From an uncultured Acidobacteriota bacterium (GTDB lineage Bacteria > Acidobacteriota > UBA6911): a DNA stretch of 64,000 bases. Position numbers and translations under genes: made by a program. Shown here one piece after another: positions 18,852-27,834 of this stretch. The DNA lies in the NCBI GenBank assembly GCA_963843575.1, contig CAWJKZ010000013.1, positions 480,001 through 544,000 on the forward strand, in the 5' to 3' direction. Below the pieces are notes generated by a model that was not told the origin of the DNA, searched no databases, and saw only the letters and a program-made list of their open reading frames with translations. Every line of letters starts with the position of its first letter. Position 1 is the stretch's first letter.

Positions 18852-21107
18852 GTGAGTTTGAGGCCGGTTCCGAAGACTAAGAAGCCCGCGGACCAGCTCC
18901 AGAGCAGGAACCGTATCAGCGAGGAATTGGCGTCTCTGCGGCAGCGTATCGCCGATCTCGAGCTCCTCGATTCGGAGCTCGGCCAGGCTGAAGAGGTTCT
19001 CAGGTCTCAGGGAGAGGGATCCGCGGGGCAGCGCCCCGTAGAGCAGATCTGCGCCGAGATCCAGGAGACGCTCGGGTACCTGCCGGCTTTTCTGACCCCG
19101 GCCTACGACGCCCCGGCAGTGCTCGAAAACCTGTGGTCGCAGACGCGCCTTGTCTTCTCGGAGGGGGGCGTCCCCGAAATCCTGCGCGAGAAGCTTTTCG
19201 CGCAGTTGGCACGCTACTGCACCTCGCCTTATGCGATCGTCACGGCCGCCTGCCGGTTGCGCAGGCTTGCGATGCCTGCGTCCCAAATCCTGGCGCTGCT
19301 GACCCAGACCGTCCCCGAGGCCGTTCCCGATGAGGCAGAACGCGCGGTGGCGTTGCCCCGGCTGGACCCGGCCTGGCCGGACGCGGATTCGGCTGCGGAG
19401 GCCGCCCTCTTGGGCTGCTGCGCCGCGCTCTACGTAACCCCTGCCCGGCGGCTCCCCTGCGCCACCGAGATGCGGCGGTTTTTAAGCCCGGCGGCCTTCG
19501 AATACCTGATCGGTCTGGTCTCGAGCATTCGCGCCCTGCACCTCTGGCTGGAAGCCCATCCGGAGATATCCTACGACGCGGATCCCCTGGTGCGGGACAG
19601 CCTGCTGGGGCTTTTGCGCGAGGAGCCGCGCTTTGGCGAGCTCTTCCGGGACTACTACGAGGAATATGGCCACGACCGCAAGAGGCTGCAGGCCGAAAGA
19701 GCCCTCCAGGCGAGCGAGGAGCGCTACCGCGACCTGTTCGAGAACGCCATCGACATCGTCTACACCCACGACCTCGAGGGAAACCTGACGTCCGTCAACA
19801 AGGCCGCGGAGCGGATCACGGGGTACGGGCGCGCGGAAGCCCTCCGGATGAAGCTGGGCGACTTCGTGGCGCCGGAGTACGCCGAGGTCGCGCGCCGCAT
19901 GATAGACCGTCAAGCCGCCGGGGAGAACAAGGGGACTTACGAGCTCGAAATCCTGGCGAAGGACGGCCACATAGTTGCGCTCGACATCAGCACGCGCCTG
20001 ATATTCCGTGAGGGCAGACCGGTCGCCGTCCAGGGTATCGCCCGCGACGTCACCGAGCGCAAACGCACCGAGGCGGCCCTCCAGAGTGCCAACCAGAAGC
20101 TCGAGGCCTGGGTGAGCGAGCTCGAGCAACGCACCCGCGAAATGACGCTGCTCAACGAAATGGGCGACATGCTCCGCGCCTGCCTTACCACGGAAGAGGC
20201 ATACACGGTCATCGTGCGGGTCGCACAGCAGGTTTTCCCGGTGCAGATGGGGGCGCTGTACGTCATCACCCCGTCGCGCAATCTCGTCGAGTCCGTGGCG
20301 CTGTGGGGGAACACCGAACTGGCGGAGCGGATCTTCGCTCCGGACGAATGCTGGGCGCTGCGGCGCGGCCGCACCCACTGGGTGGAGAACGTCAAGGTCG
20401 GGCTGCTCTGCAAGCACCTGCACCAGCCGGTACCGGAGGGCTACCTCTGTGTCCCGATGATGGCGCAGAGCGAGGCACTGGGCGTGCTGCACCTGACGCA
20501 GAAGCCCGACGCCCCCATGACCGAGGCCAAGCAGCGCCTGGCGATCACGATGGCCGAGCACATCGCGATGGCGCTGTCGGTTCTGAAGCTGCACGAGACA
20601 CTGCGCAGCCAGTCGATCCGCGATCCCCTCACCGGCCTTTTCAATCGGCGCTTCATGGAGGAGTCGCTGGAACTGGAACTGAGGCGCGCCGGGCGCAATC
20701 AGCGCCCGTTGGGCGTGATCATGGTGGACCTCGACCAGTTCAAGTACTTCAACGACACTTATGGGCACGAAGCAGGCGACACCCTGCTGCGCGAGCTCGG
20801 GACCCTGCTTCAGAGCAACATCCGCGGGGAGGACATCGCCTGCCGCTACGGCGGCGAGGAGTTCACCCTGATCCTGCCCGAGGGGAACGCCGAAATCGTG
20901 CAACAGCGCGCGAACGCCCTGCGCGAGGCCATCAAGCACCTCGACGTCGAACACCGGAACCAGCCGATCGGGCGCGTCACGGCCTCCATGGGCGTCGCGC
21001 TATTCCCGGAGCACGGGCGTACGGGCCAGGCGCTTCTGCAGGCTGCCGACGCCGCGCTCTATCGCAGCAAGGACTTGGGCCGGGACCGAGTCACCCTCGC
21101 CAAGTAA
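18852..21107 (+). CDS. Diguanylate cyclase (AhpD-like N-domain/PAS/GAF/GGDEF)
   Basis: DPLTGLFNRR, DLDQFKYFNDTYGHEAGD, RGED I-site, RYGGEEF and ADAALYRSK..GRDR. Confidence 0.93.
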   Translation: MSLRPVPKTKKPADQLQSRNRISEELASLRQRIADLELLDSELGQAEEVLRSQGEGSAGQRPVEQICAEIQETLGYLPAFLTPAYDAPAVLENLWSQTRLVFSEGGVPEILREKLFAQLARYCTSPYAIVTAACRLRRLAMPASQILALLTQTVPEAVPDEAERAVALPRLDPAWPDADSAAEAALLGCCAALYVTPARRLPCATEMRRFLSPAAFEYLIGLVSSIRALHLWLEAHPEISYDADPLVRDSLLGLLREEPRFGELFRDYYEEYGHDRKRLQAERALQASEERYRDLFENAIDIVYTHDLEGNLTSVNKAAERITGYGRAEALRMKLGDFVAPEYAEVARRMIDRQAAGENKGTYELEILAKDGHIVALDISTRLIFREGRPVAVQGIARDVTERKRTEAALQSANQKLEAWVSELEQRTREMTLLNEMGDMLRACLTTEEAYTVIVRVAQQVFPVQMGALYVITPSRNLVESVALWGNTELAERIFAPDECWALRRGRTHWVENVKVGLLCKHLHQPVPEGYLCVPMMAQSEALGVLHLTQKPDAPMTEAKQRLAITMAEHIAMALSVLKLHETLRSQSIRDPLTGLFNRRFMEESLELELRRAGRNQRPLGVIMVDLDQFKYFNDTYGHEAGDTLLRELGTLLQSNIRGEDIACRYGGEEFTLILPEGNAEIVQQRANALREAIKHLDVEHRNQPIGRVTASMGVALFPEHGRTGQALLQAADAALYRSKDLGRDRVTLAK

Positions 21108-21137
21108 CTCCCCCCGGCCTCCGCCCGGGCCGCGGTG

Positions 21138-22103
21138 TCATTCCCGAAACGCGCTTTCCAGCTTCCGCACAAACGCGTCGCGGTAGTCGTAGGGTACCTC
21201 CAGGTACCGCACCTTTGTCCGAATGCTCAACTGCGGGGCGCCGGTTTCCCTGTCGTAGGAATAAGGGACGCCGGTAGGGTCCAGGGGCGGCTGGCGCAGG
21301 AGGCCGGCCCGCACCAGCTCTCCGAGGTCCGACGGCGCCCTCCCGGTGCGCCGCCTGTAGCGTTCGATCAAGAACTCCAGCGTCCACAGGTCCTCGTTCA
21401 CCTGCATGCTATCGAGGTGGTTCCTGGCGTTGGCCTTCAGGTCGGCGCGGCTCGATTCCTGGTACTGGCGCTGCCACAGGGCCCGCGCCGTCTCCACCGC
21501 CCCCCCTCGGGTCAGGGCCGTAGCCGACAAGCCCTCCATCCAGGGGGGTGCGCCCGGCAGGCGGCTCGCCGTCAGCCACACGTGCCCGGCGCTTTTGAAG
21601 TCTTTCAGGAACCAGAAGTAAACGAATCCCTTGTCGAAATAGAGCCGCCAGTCGCGCGGGTGCTGCGCAATCCCCTTGTCCAGCAGACTGAGCGCCGCGG
21701 CGGGCTGGCCGGCACCTATCGGATCCGGCTCAGCCAGAAACGAGCTCCCCGACCGGTAGGCGTCCAGGAGCATCGGGTCCAGGGTCGTCGTGATATCGAG
21801 CAGGGTCGCGAGGTTCTTGTAGCGCACCGGGCGGCGGTCGGCTTCATCGCGCCGGCCATAGTACTGGATGACGCGCATCCAGTAAGCGTCGGCGACGAGA
21901 GTGGGGTACCCGAGCGACAGCATCCGCACCACGGCCGGGGATCCGAAGCAAAGCTGGTCGGAGACGACAGCGTCGCCGGGCTTCAGACCGTCGACCCGGT
22001 CCTGAACGGGTTTGATCAGGACCGCCGCGACAAACAGCGTGCAAGCCAGCGGAACGACGCGGCGTGTTATCCGGAATCTCACAGGCATCTTCATGCGAGT
22101 CAT
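21138..22103 (-). CDS. Membrane-anchored TPR-like protein of an ABC-transporter module
   Basis: LGYPTLVADAYWMRVIQYYG, ITTTLDP, LLDKGIAQHPRDWRL helical repeats and a C-terminal PLDPTGVPY; downstream of an ABC permease. Confidence 0.75.
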   Translation of the reverse strand: MTRMKMPVRFRITRRVVPLACTLFVAAVLIKPVQDRVDGLKPGDAVVSDQLCFGSPAVVRMLSLGYPTLVADAYWMRVIQYYGRRDEADRRPVRYKNLATLLDITTTLDPMLLDAYRSGSSFLAEPDPIGAGQPAAALSLLDKGIAQHPRDWRLYFDKGFVYFWFLKDFKSAGHVWLTASRLPGAPPWMEGLSATALTRGGAVETARALWQRQYQESSRADLKANARNHLDSMQVNEDLWTLEFLIERYRRRTGRAPSDLGELVRAGLLRQPPLDPTGVPYSYDRETGAPQLSIRTKVRYLEVPYDYRDAFVRKLESAFRE

Positions 22104-22173
22104 TGTGCCGCGCCTTCGGCGCTCATTTCCCCGGGCCCTCGAGGTTCGCGGGATGCCCCGGTACCCGTTCAAC

Positions 22174-22968
22174 TCACTTGAAATCCCTGCGCGCAAAAAC
22201 GGCAGCGGCGATACACACGAGCGCGGCGGAGTAGAGCACGCCGTATGCGCTGACCCACGCCACTGCGCCGCGGTCGATCGCCTGGTGGTAAGCGGCGCTC
22301 TGGATGACGTTGCGGCTGTCGATCGTGGAGAAATTCGACAGGTTCGGGAGGAGGTAGTACAGCACCCGGGTCGTGTGCTCGACCGCGGCCGACTTTGTCA
22401 AGCGCCCGAAGTTGAGCAGGTCGCCGTTGAAGTGCCCGATCGCCCAGAGAAAAAGCGTAAAGACCGCCGAGAGCGCCGGGGTGGAGAAGGTCGAAAAAAC
22501 CAAGGCGACCGCCGTGGTCAGCGCGAGCGCCAGAAAAATGAGATACACCGCCGGGATCAGGTGAAGCATCTCGGCCGGCTTCACGCCCCCATGGAAGAGG
22601 AGCGTCAGGGCCAGGAATCCGGTCATGACCAGAACGTTGACACCCAGGGTGATCAGCAGCCCGGCGTACTTGCCTACGATAAACTCGGCGCGACGGACGG
22701 GTTTCGAGAGCAGGGCATAGACCGTTTTCCGTTCGATTTCCTTGTGGACCAGGCTGATCCCGATGAAGATCGCGATCAGGGTGCCGAAAATCGATATGGC
22801 CGACAGTCCGAGGTCCACGATGACTTTCGCTTCCTGCCCCAGCGTCAGCTGTCCGAGCGCGATGGAACTCAGGATCATGATCAGGGCAAAAAGGATCAGG
22901 TTGTACAGGACCTTGTCCCGGATGTTTTCCCGAAACGTGTTGAGTGCGATCGCCGAAATACGTCCCAT
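22174..22968 (-). CDS. ABC-2 type permease (PilI-like)
   Basis: IALNTFRENIRDK, KEIERKTVYALLSKPVRRAEFIVGKY and FARRDF C-terminus. Confidence 0.88.
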   Translation of the reverse strand: MGRISAIALNTFRENIRDKVLYNLILFALIMILSSIALGQLTLGQEAKVIVDLGLSAISIFGTLIAIFIGISLVHKEIERKTVYALLSKPVRRAEFIVGKYAGLLITLGVNVLVMTGFLALTLLFHGGVKPAEMLHLIPAVYLIFLALALTTAVALVFSTFSTPALSAVFTLFLWAIGHFNGDLLNFGRLTKSAAVEHTTRVLYYLLPNLSNFSTIDSRNVIQSAAYHQAIDRGAVAWVSAYGVLYSAALVCIAAAVFARRDFK

Positions 22969-23032
22969 GATGCGTCACCCCGGCTTACAAAACCCGCCTC
23001 GCGGCCGAGCGGGTGCCTTGCAGGCTCCCGGC

Positions 23033-24007
23033 TCAGGCGCCGGCGCTCCGCGGCCCGGCAGCCGGCCGGCTGCAGCTCTTGTTCTGCTCGGCCACTTCCC
23101 GGAAGAAATGCTCCTCCAGGGAGGGGCGGATCGGGTTCACCGAAATCAACTCCGCGTGGTACTCGAACGCCTGACAGAGGATGGCCTGCAACTGGTCCTC
23201 GGTTGCGGCCCGCAGCCTCAGCCGATCTCCTACCGGATGCACTGAAGCCGCCAGGGCGCCTATGCGGTCGCCTACCGAGGGCTCCACGCGCGCGAGTATC
23301 ACCTCGTGGCCCGAGATCTCGACGTCGAGAATATCGTGCAGGGCACCCGATTGCTGGAGGCGTCCCCGGTTCAGGATGGCAACCCGGTCACAGAGCGCTT
23401 CGACATCCGGGAGAATGTGCGAACTGAAGAACACCGTGACGCCCTGGGCCTTCAGCGAGGCGATCACCTCGCGCACCTCACGCCGGCCGAGCGGGTCGAG
23501 TCCCGACATGGGCTCGTCCAGGAACACGACCTCCGGGTTGTTGATAAGCGCTTGGGCGATGCCGATCCGCTGCACCATCCCCTTGGAAAACCTGCGCAGT
23601 TGCAGGTTGCGCGCCGTCACCAGCCCCACCCGTTCCAGCAGGGCGTCGACCCGGCGCCCCAGTTCCGGCGCGTGCAACCCGAAGAGCCGGCCGACATAGA
23701 CCAGCAGTTCCTGCGCGGTGAGGTAATCGTAGAAGTACGGGTGTTCGGGAAGGAATCCGATCTGCCGGCGCATCGCGACCCTGTCGACAGGCTGCCCCAG
23801 GATTGAGGCCGAGCCCGAGGTCGGACGCAGCAGACCCATCAGGATCTTGAGCGTCGTCGTTTTCCCAGCGCCATTTGGCCCAAGAAAACCGAAAACCTCT
23901 CCCCGCTCCACGTGGAGGCTCAAGCCGTCCACGGCGCGGACGGCGCGCTTCTTCCAGAACCCTGCTGGAAAGTCCTTCACCAGATCCCTGATCTCGATCA
24001 CACCCAT
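23033..24007 (-). CDS. ABC transporter ATP-binding protein (PilH-like)
   Basis: [31 protein letters not shown] and [12 protein letters not shown]. Confidence 0.92.
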   Translation of the reverse strand: MGVIEIRDLVKDFPAGFWKKRAVRAVDGLSLHVERGEVFGFLGPNGAGKTTTLKILMGLLRPTSGSASILGQPVDRVAMRRQIGFLPEHPYFYDYLTAQELLVYVGRLFGLHAPELGRRVDALLERVGLVTARNLQLRRFSKGMVQRIGIAQALINNPEVVFLDEPMSGLDPLGRREVREVIASLKAQGVTVFFSSHILPDVEALCDRVAILNRGRLQQSGALHDILDVEISGHEVILARVEPSVGDRIGALAASVHPVGDRLRLRAATEDQLQAILCQAFEYHAELISVNPIRPSLEEHFFREVAEQNKSCSRPAAGPRSAGA

Positions 24008-24303
24008 GGCCCGGTTTCATCCCGCACGAGGTTGTGGTATTGGGGGGCGAACGCGAAGGGGGACCTGACACGCGGGCCAGCTTTGAGCTCCCTGCACGCT
24101 CAGGGCATTGGCGATAGGGTCTTCGTTCCGCCGCCCGACGGCGTCGAGCCGCCCACCCCCTTACCTATAGATCGGCCGCTTTGTTCAAAACTTGAACATC
24201 CGTAAAGGCATTCTGCCCCGTTGGCCGTATTGTGAAGAGTATGGGGCGGCCGAGGCCGTAGCCGTGGTGGATTGCAGAACTCCAAAACACGAAGAGAAAG
24301 GTG

Positions 24304-25029
24304 TCAGGTCGAACGCTGGCGGAGGACTTCGTAGAGGGCAATGCCGGCGGCGACGCTGACGTTGTGGGAAGAGACCCTGCCGCGTACCGGGATCGAAACG
24401 AGGAAGTCGCACTTCTCGCGGACGAGGCGGTGCAGCCCGCTCCCCTCGTTCCCGAGCACGAGGGCCGTCGGGACCTTGAAATCGGCTTCCCAGAGGGGCC
24501 GCCCCGATTCGGCGTCCAAGCCTGCAACCCAGTATCCGCTCTTTCTCAGGAGCTCGATCAAACGGGCGAGGTTGGGGATCCGTGCGATCTTCAGGTGAGA
24601 AGCCGCGCCGGCGCTCGCCCGCGCGACCGTCGGGCTCAGCCCGGCGCTGCGTCGGATTGGCAGGAACAAACCGTCCGCCCCGGCGACCTCGGCGGATCGG
24701 ATGATCGCCCCAAGGTTGTGAGGGTCTTCGATGCCGTCGAGCACCACGACGAGCCCCGGGGACGACGCCTGCTCCAGCACCGCCTCGGGCTCGAGCGGGG
24801 CGATTTCCGAGACATAACAGAGCACCCCCTGGTGGCGCTCCCCCTCGGACTTGCGGTCGAGCCAGGCGCGTTCTTCAAACGAAACCGGGACATGAGCACG
24901 ACGGCTCGACTCGACGATTTCCTGCACGCGGGGCTTGCGTTGATCTCTCTGGATACAGACCCGTTCGATCCTGCCGGCGCCAGCCCGCAGGGCTTCCAGA
25001 ACCGCGTTTATCCCGTAGACGATGGCCAT
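24304..25029 (-). CDS. rlmB: 23S rRNA (Gm2251) 2'-O-methyltransferase
   Basis: YGINAVLEAL, HQGV, LDGIEDPHNLGAIIRSA, GNEGSG and SHNVSVA SPOUT motifs. Confidence 0.93.
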   Translation of the reverse strand: MAIVYGINAVLEALRAGAGRIERVCIQRDQRKPRVQEIVESSRRAHVPVSFEERAWLDRKSEGERHQGVLCYVSEIAPLEPEAVLEQASSPGLVVVLDGIEDPHNLGAIIRSAEVAGADGLFLPIRRSAGLSPTVARASAGAASHLKIARIPNLARLIELLRKSGYWVAGLDAESGRPLWEADFKVPTALVLGNEGSGLHRLVREKCDFLVSIPVRGRVSSHNVSVAAGIALYEVLRQRST

Positions 25030-25038
25030 GGCCGGCGT

Positions 25039-26277
25039 TCACTTTTTGCGCGTCAGCAGCGCGACTGCCTGAGCGGATATGCCCTCGCCGCGACCCTCGG
25101 CGTTCATCCCCTCGGTGGTGGTCGCCTTTATGCTCACCTCGTCGACGGTCAGACCCAGGCTTGAAGCGATGTTGCGCCTCATGTCTTCCATGAACGGAGC
25201 CAGGCGCGGGCGCTGTGCCAGGATGGTCGCGTCTACGTTGCGGGGCTGCCACCCGGCGCTGTCCAGTTTGAGCCGGACCTCCCGCAGGAATTCCAGGGAG
25301 GAACGGTCGTGGTGCGACGGGTCGCTGTCGGGGAAATGCCTGCCGATATCCCCCAGGGCAGCCGCACCCAGCAGCGCATCGCAGATGGCATGGCTGAGCG
25401 CGTCGGCGTCCGAATGCCCTTCGAGCCCCACCTCGCTGGGTATTTCGACACCCCCGAGGACGAGCTTGCGCCCGCCGGTCAGCCGGTGATAATCCGTTCC
25501 CTGCCCGATGCGGATCATGGGATTAGGCTCCCGAGCTCCGGCCGGTATCGCGCCCCCCGAGAGCAGCGCCTCCCCGAGCAGCAGGTCGATGGGCCGGGTG
25601 ATTTTGATGTTGTCGGGGGCGCCCGGGACGACAACCACAGGGTGGCCGGCCCAGCGCACGACGGATGATTCGTCCGTTCCCAGGAAACCCGCCTGCGCCG
25701 CTTTCTCGAGCGCGTCGCGCAGCACGCCGCTCCTGAAACACTGCGGGGTCTGGATGGCGTACAGTTCCTCGCGGGGCGGCGTCCGCAGCACTCTGCCGGA
25801 ACGAGAGACTCTCTGGATTGTCTCGGTTGCGGGGAGGGCCGGGACCGCGCCCCCTTTCCGCCGCGCCGCGTCCACGACGCGCCTGATGGTCTCGAGGTCG
25901 CAGAAGGGGCGCACGGCGTCGTGGACAAGGATTATGTCGGCTTCCGGGTTCGTCCCTTGGACTCCCAGCCACACCGACTCCTGACGGGTCGGCCCCCCGC
26001 AGATGCACTCGACGGGTATCCTCGGCGAGGTTGAGGAGCAGAGGGCGCGCGCGGCTTCCACGTGCTCGGCCGGGAGCGCGATGACGATTTGAACCACCTC
26101 GTCGAAGGCCGCGACGCACTCGACGGTGCGCAACAAAATCGGGCGGCCGGCGAGGTCGAGGAATTGCTTGGGCAAACCGGCACTTATGCGGGTGCCGGTG
26201 CCGCCTGCGGCAATTACCGCCGCGACTGTGCCCGCCCTCCGCCTCCGGTGCCCGCGCGTTGCGGATGGTCTCGTCAT
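25039..26277 (-). CDS. ispDF: IspD-IspF (in-frame fusion as written)
   Basis: AAGGTGTR..PKQF, HDAVRP, QTPQCF and NIKIT (IspD), then MIRIGQGTDYH, GHSDADAL.HAICDALLGA and KATTTEG (IspF). Confidence 0.9.
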   Translation of the reverse strand: MTRPSATRGHRRRRAGTVAAVIAAGGTGTRISAGLPKQFLDLAGRPILLRTVECVAAFDEVVQIVIALPAEHVEAARALCSSTSPRIPVECICGGPTRQESVWLGVQGTNPEADIILVHDAVRPFCDLETIRRVVDAARRKGGAVPALPATETIQRVSRSGRVLRTPPREELYAIQTPQCFRSGVLRDALEKAAQAGFLGTDESSVVRWAGHPVVVVPGAPDNIKITRPIDLLLGEALLSGGAIPAGAREPNPMIRIGQGTDYHRLTGGRKLVLGGVEIPSEVGLEGHSDADALSHAICDALLGAAALGDIGRHFPDSDPSHHDRSSLEFLREVRLKLDSAGWQPRNVDATILAQRPRLAPFMEDMRRNIASSLGLTVDEVSIKATTTEGMNAEGRGEGISAQAVALLTRKK

Positions 26278-26350
26278 CGGCCTGATATTCTAATCCGCAA
26301 TCCACCCGCCGGCAGGAGCAAAACTCGAGGATCCGGCAGGGGCTCTCTCG

Positions 26351-27445
26351 TCAGCGGTTCTTGATCTTGTCTTCGTCGTAGGTTGCCCCGCCGGACGTGC
26401 CCCCACCCGACTTTTCGAAGGAGCGCCGATCCTGCCTGGACTGCGGCGGGCCGCCCCCGTCGGTTTCCTCGGGGAACCGCCCGAAGATCATCTTCCCGGC
26501 GGTGGTCTGCAGCACCGAGGTCACCTGGGTCGCAATGGTCTTGCCGATCATGCGCCGGGCGTTGTCCACGACGACCATGGTGCCGTCATCGAGATACGCC
26601 ACCCCCTGGTTGTACTCCTTCCCCTCCTTGAGGATGAAGACTTTCATGGTTTCGCCGGGGAGCACCACCGGCTTCAACGCGTTCGCCAGCTCGTTGATGT
26701 TCAGGACTTCGACACCCCTCAACTGCGAGACTTTATTGAGGTTGAAGTCGTTCGTGACGATCTTTGCCCCCAGTTCCTTGGCCAGCTCGATCAGCTTGAG
26801 ATCGACTTCTTTGACATCGGGGTAGTCCTTCTCGACGATCTGGACGGTAATGCCAGGGACACTCTTGACCTTCTCCAGGATATCCAGTCCGCGGCGCCCC
26901 CGGTTCCGCTTGATGGAATCGGCGCTGTCGGCGATCTGCTGCAGTTCGCGCAGCACGAAGTGGGGCACGACCAGGGTGCCTTCGAGGAAGCCGGTCTTGC
27001 AGATGTCGGCGACGCGGCCATCGATGATGACGCTCGTGTCGAGCACTTTGTAGGCTTTCCTGCTGCCGCGGTCGCTGAAGATCCCACCCAGGGCCGACAG
27101 GTCCAGATACTCGCCCTTGCTGGCACCCGAGAGCAGGCCCACGTAAGACATGAGCACCAGGACCATTACCTGGACGAAGGTCATGGTTCCCGGCTCGAGA
27201 CGCATCCGACCGATGATGATGCTGATGAGGCTGGCGCCGACGATCCCGAGAATCGACCCTATGGCCGCGCCTATGAGGGTCTTAAGCGAACAATTTCTTA
27301 CACGAAGCTCGACCAGCACGACGAGGCAGGCCAGGGCCGCGCTGATCCCGAGGCTGTAGGGAGTGCTGAGATCGAACGGCCGAACCGAGTAACCACTGAC
27401 AAGAATTGCGAGAAACAACAGGACACGAATAATCCAGAGATCCAT
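26351..27445 (-). CDS. Membrane PIN/TRAM domain protein (YacL-like)
   Basis: Four TMs, KVLDTSVIIDGR, RGRRGLDIL, TNDFNLNKV, GVAYLDDGTMVVV and VTSVLQTTAGKMIF. Confidence 0.93.
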   Translation of the reverse strand: MDLWIIRVLLFLAILVSGYSVRPFDLSTPYSLGISAALACLVVLVELRVRNCSLKTLIGAAIGSILGIVGASLISIIIGRMRLEPGTMTFVQVMVLVLMSYVGLLSGASKGEYLDLSALGGIFSDRGSRKAYKVLDTSVIIDGRVADICKTGFLEGTLVVPHFVLRELQQIADSADSIKRNRGRRGLDILEKVKSVPGITVQIVEKDYPDVKEVDLKLIELAKELGAKIVTNDFNLNKVSQLRGVEVLNINELANALKPVVLPGETMKVFILKEGKEYNQGVAYLDDGTMVVVDNARRMIGKTIATQVTSVLQTTAGKMIFGRFPEETDGGGPPQSRQDRRSFEKSGGGTSGGATYDEDKIKNR

Positions 27446-27488
27446 TTATCAGCTCCTCCGGAATAATCCACGATATGAATCGGTAACC

Positions 27489-27670
27489 TTGATTTCCAGC
27501 CGGGTCTGGGGTGAAAGTCTCGAGTGCAGGATTGAAGGCGATCAGCAAGACTTGGTTCAGAACTTCAACTAGCCATTTGCCTATCGCTGACATGAAGCAC
27601 CAAGATTAACGCCGGTGGGATTCGCTAAGGGGTCAGCCACAGCCCCCGGCTGGTGGAACTTCAAATACTT
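27489..27670 (-). ncRNA. Candidate structured RNA with 6S-like rod fold (closing stem, central bubble, apical stem)
   Basis: Long-range pairing CCAGCCGGG/CCCGGCTGG extended by TTGA..TTCCA/TGGAA.TCAA; inner CTTGGT/ACCAAG and CTTCA/TGAAG stems; TGnTACATT extended -10 just upstream. Confidence 0.45.
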
Positions 27671-27795
27671 GGAGAGAATGTAGCACACGCCACAAACGAT
27701 TTGGATCATTAAAATGAACCGCGGGTGGGTCGCGGCGGCTCGACGCGGCCAGCGATTTCGCTCATTCCGTGGTTATTCTTGATGGTAGCTCATTC

Positions 27796-27821
27796 GGGCG
27801 GGGGCCGGGCCGCCCCCGCCC
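27796..27821 (-). terminator. GC-rich hairpin just after the radA stop
   Basis: GGGCGGGGGC-CGGGCC-GCCCCCGCCC perfect 10-bp stem, no U-tract. Confidence 0.45.
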
Positions 27822-27834
27822 ACCCTAATTCTCA

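Noticed and set aside
24010-24300. Possible tRNA or small gene between rlmB and the ABC ATPase
   Set aside because: No cloverleaf or TTCGA T-arm context and no credible ORF; only a REP-like fragment
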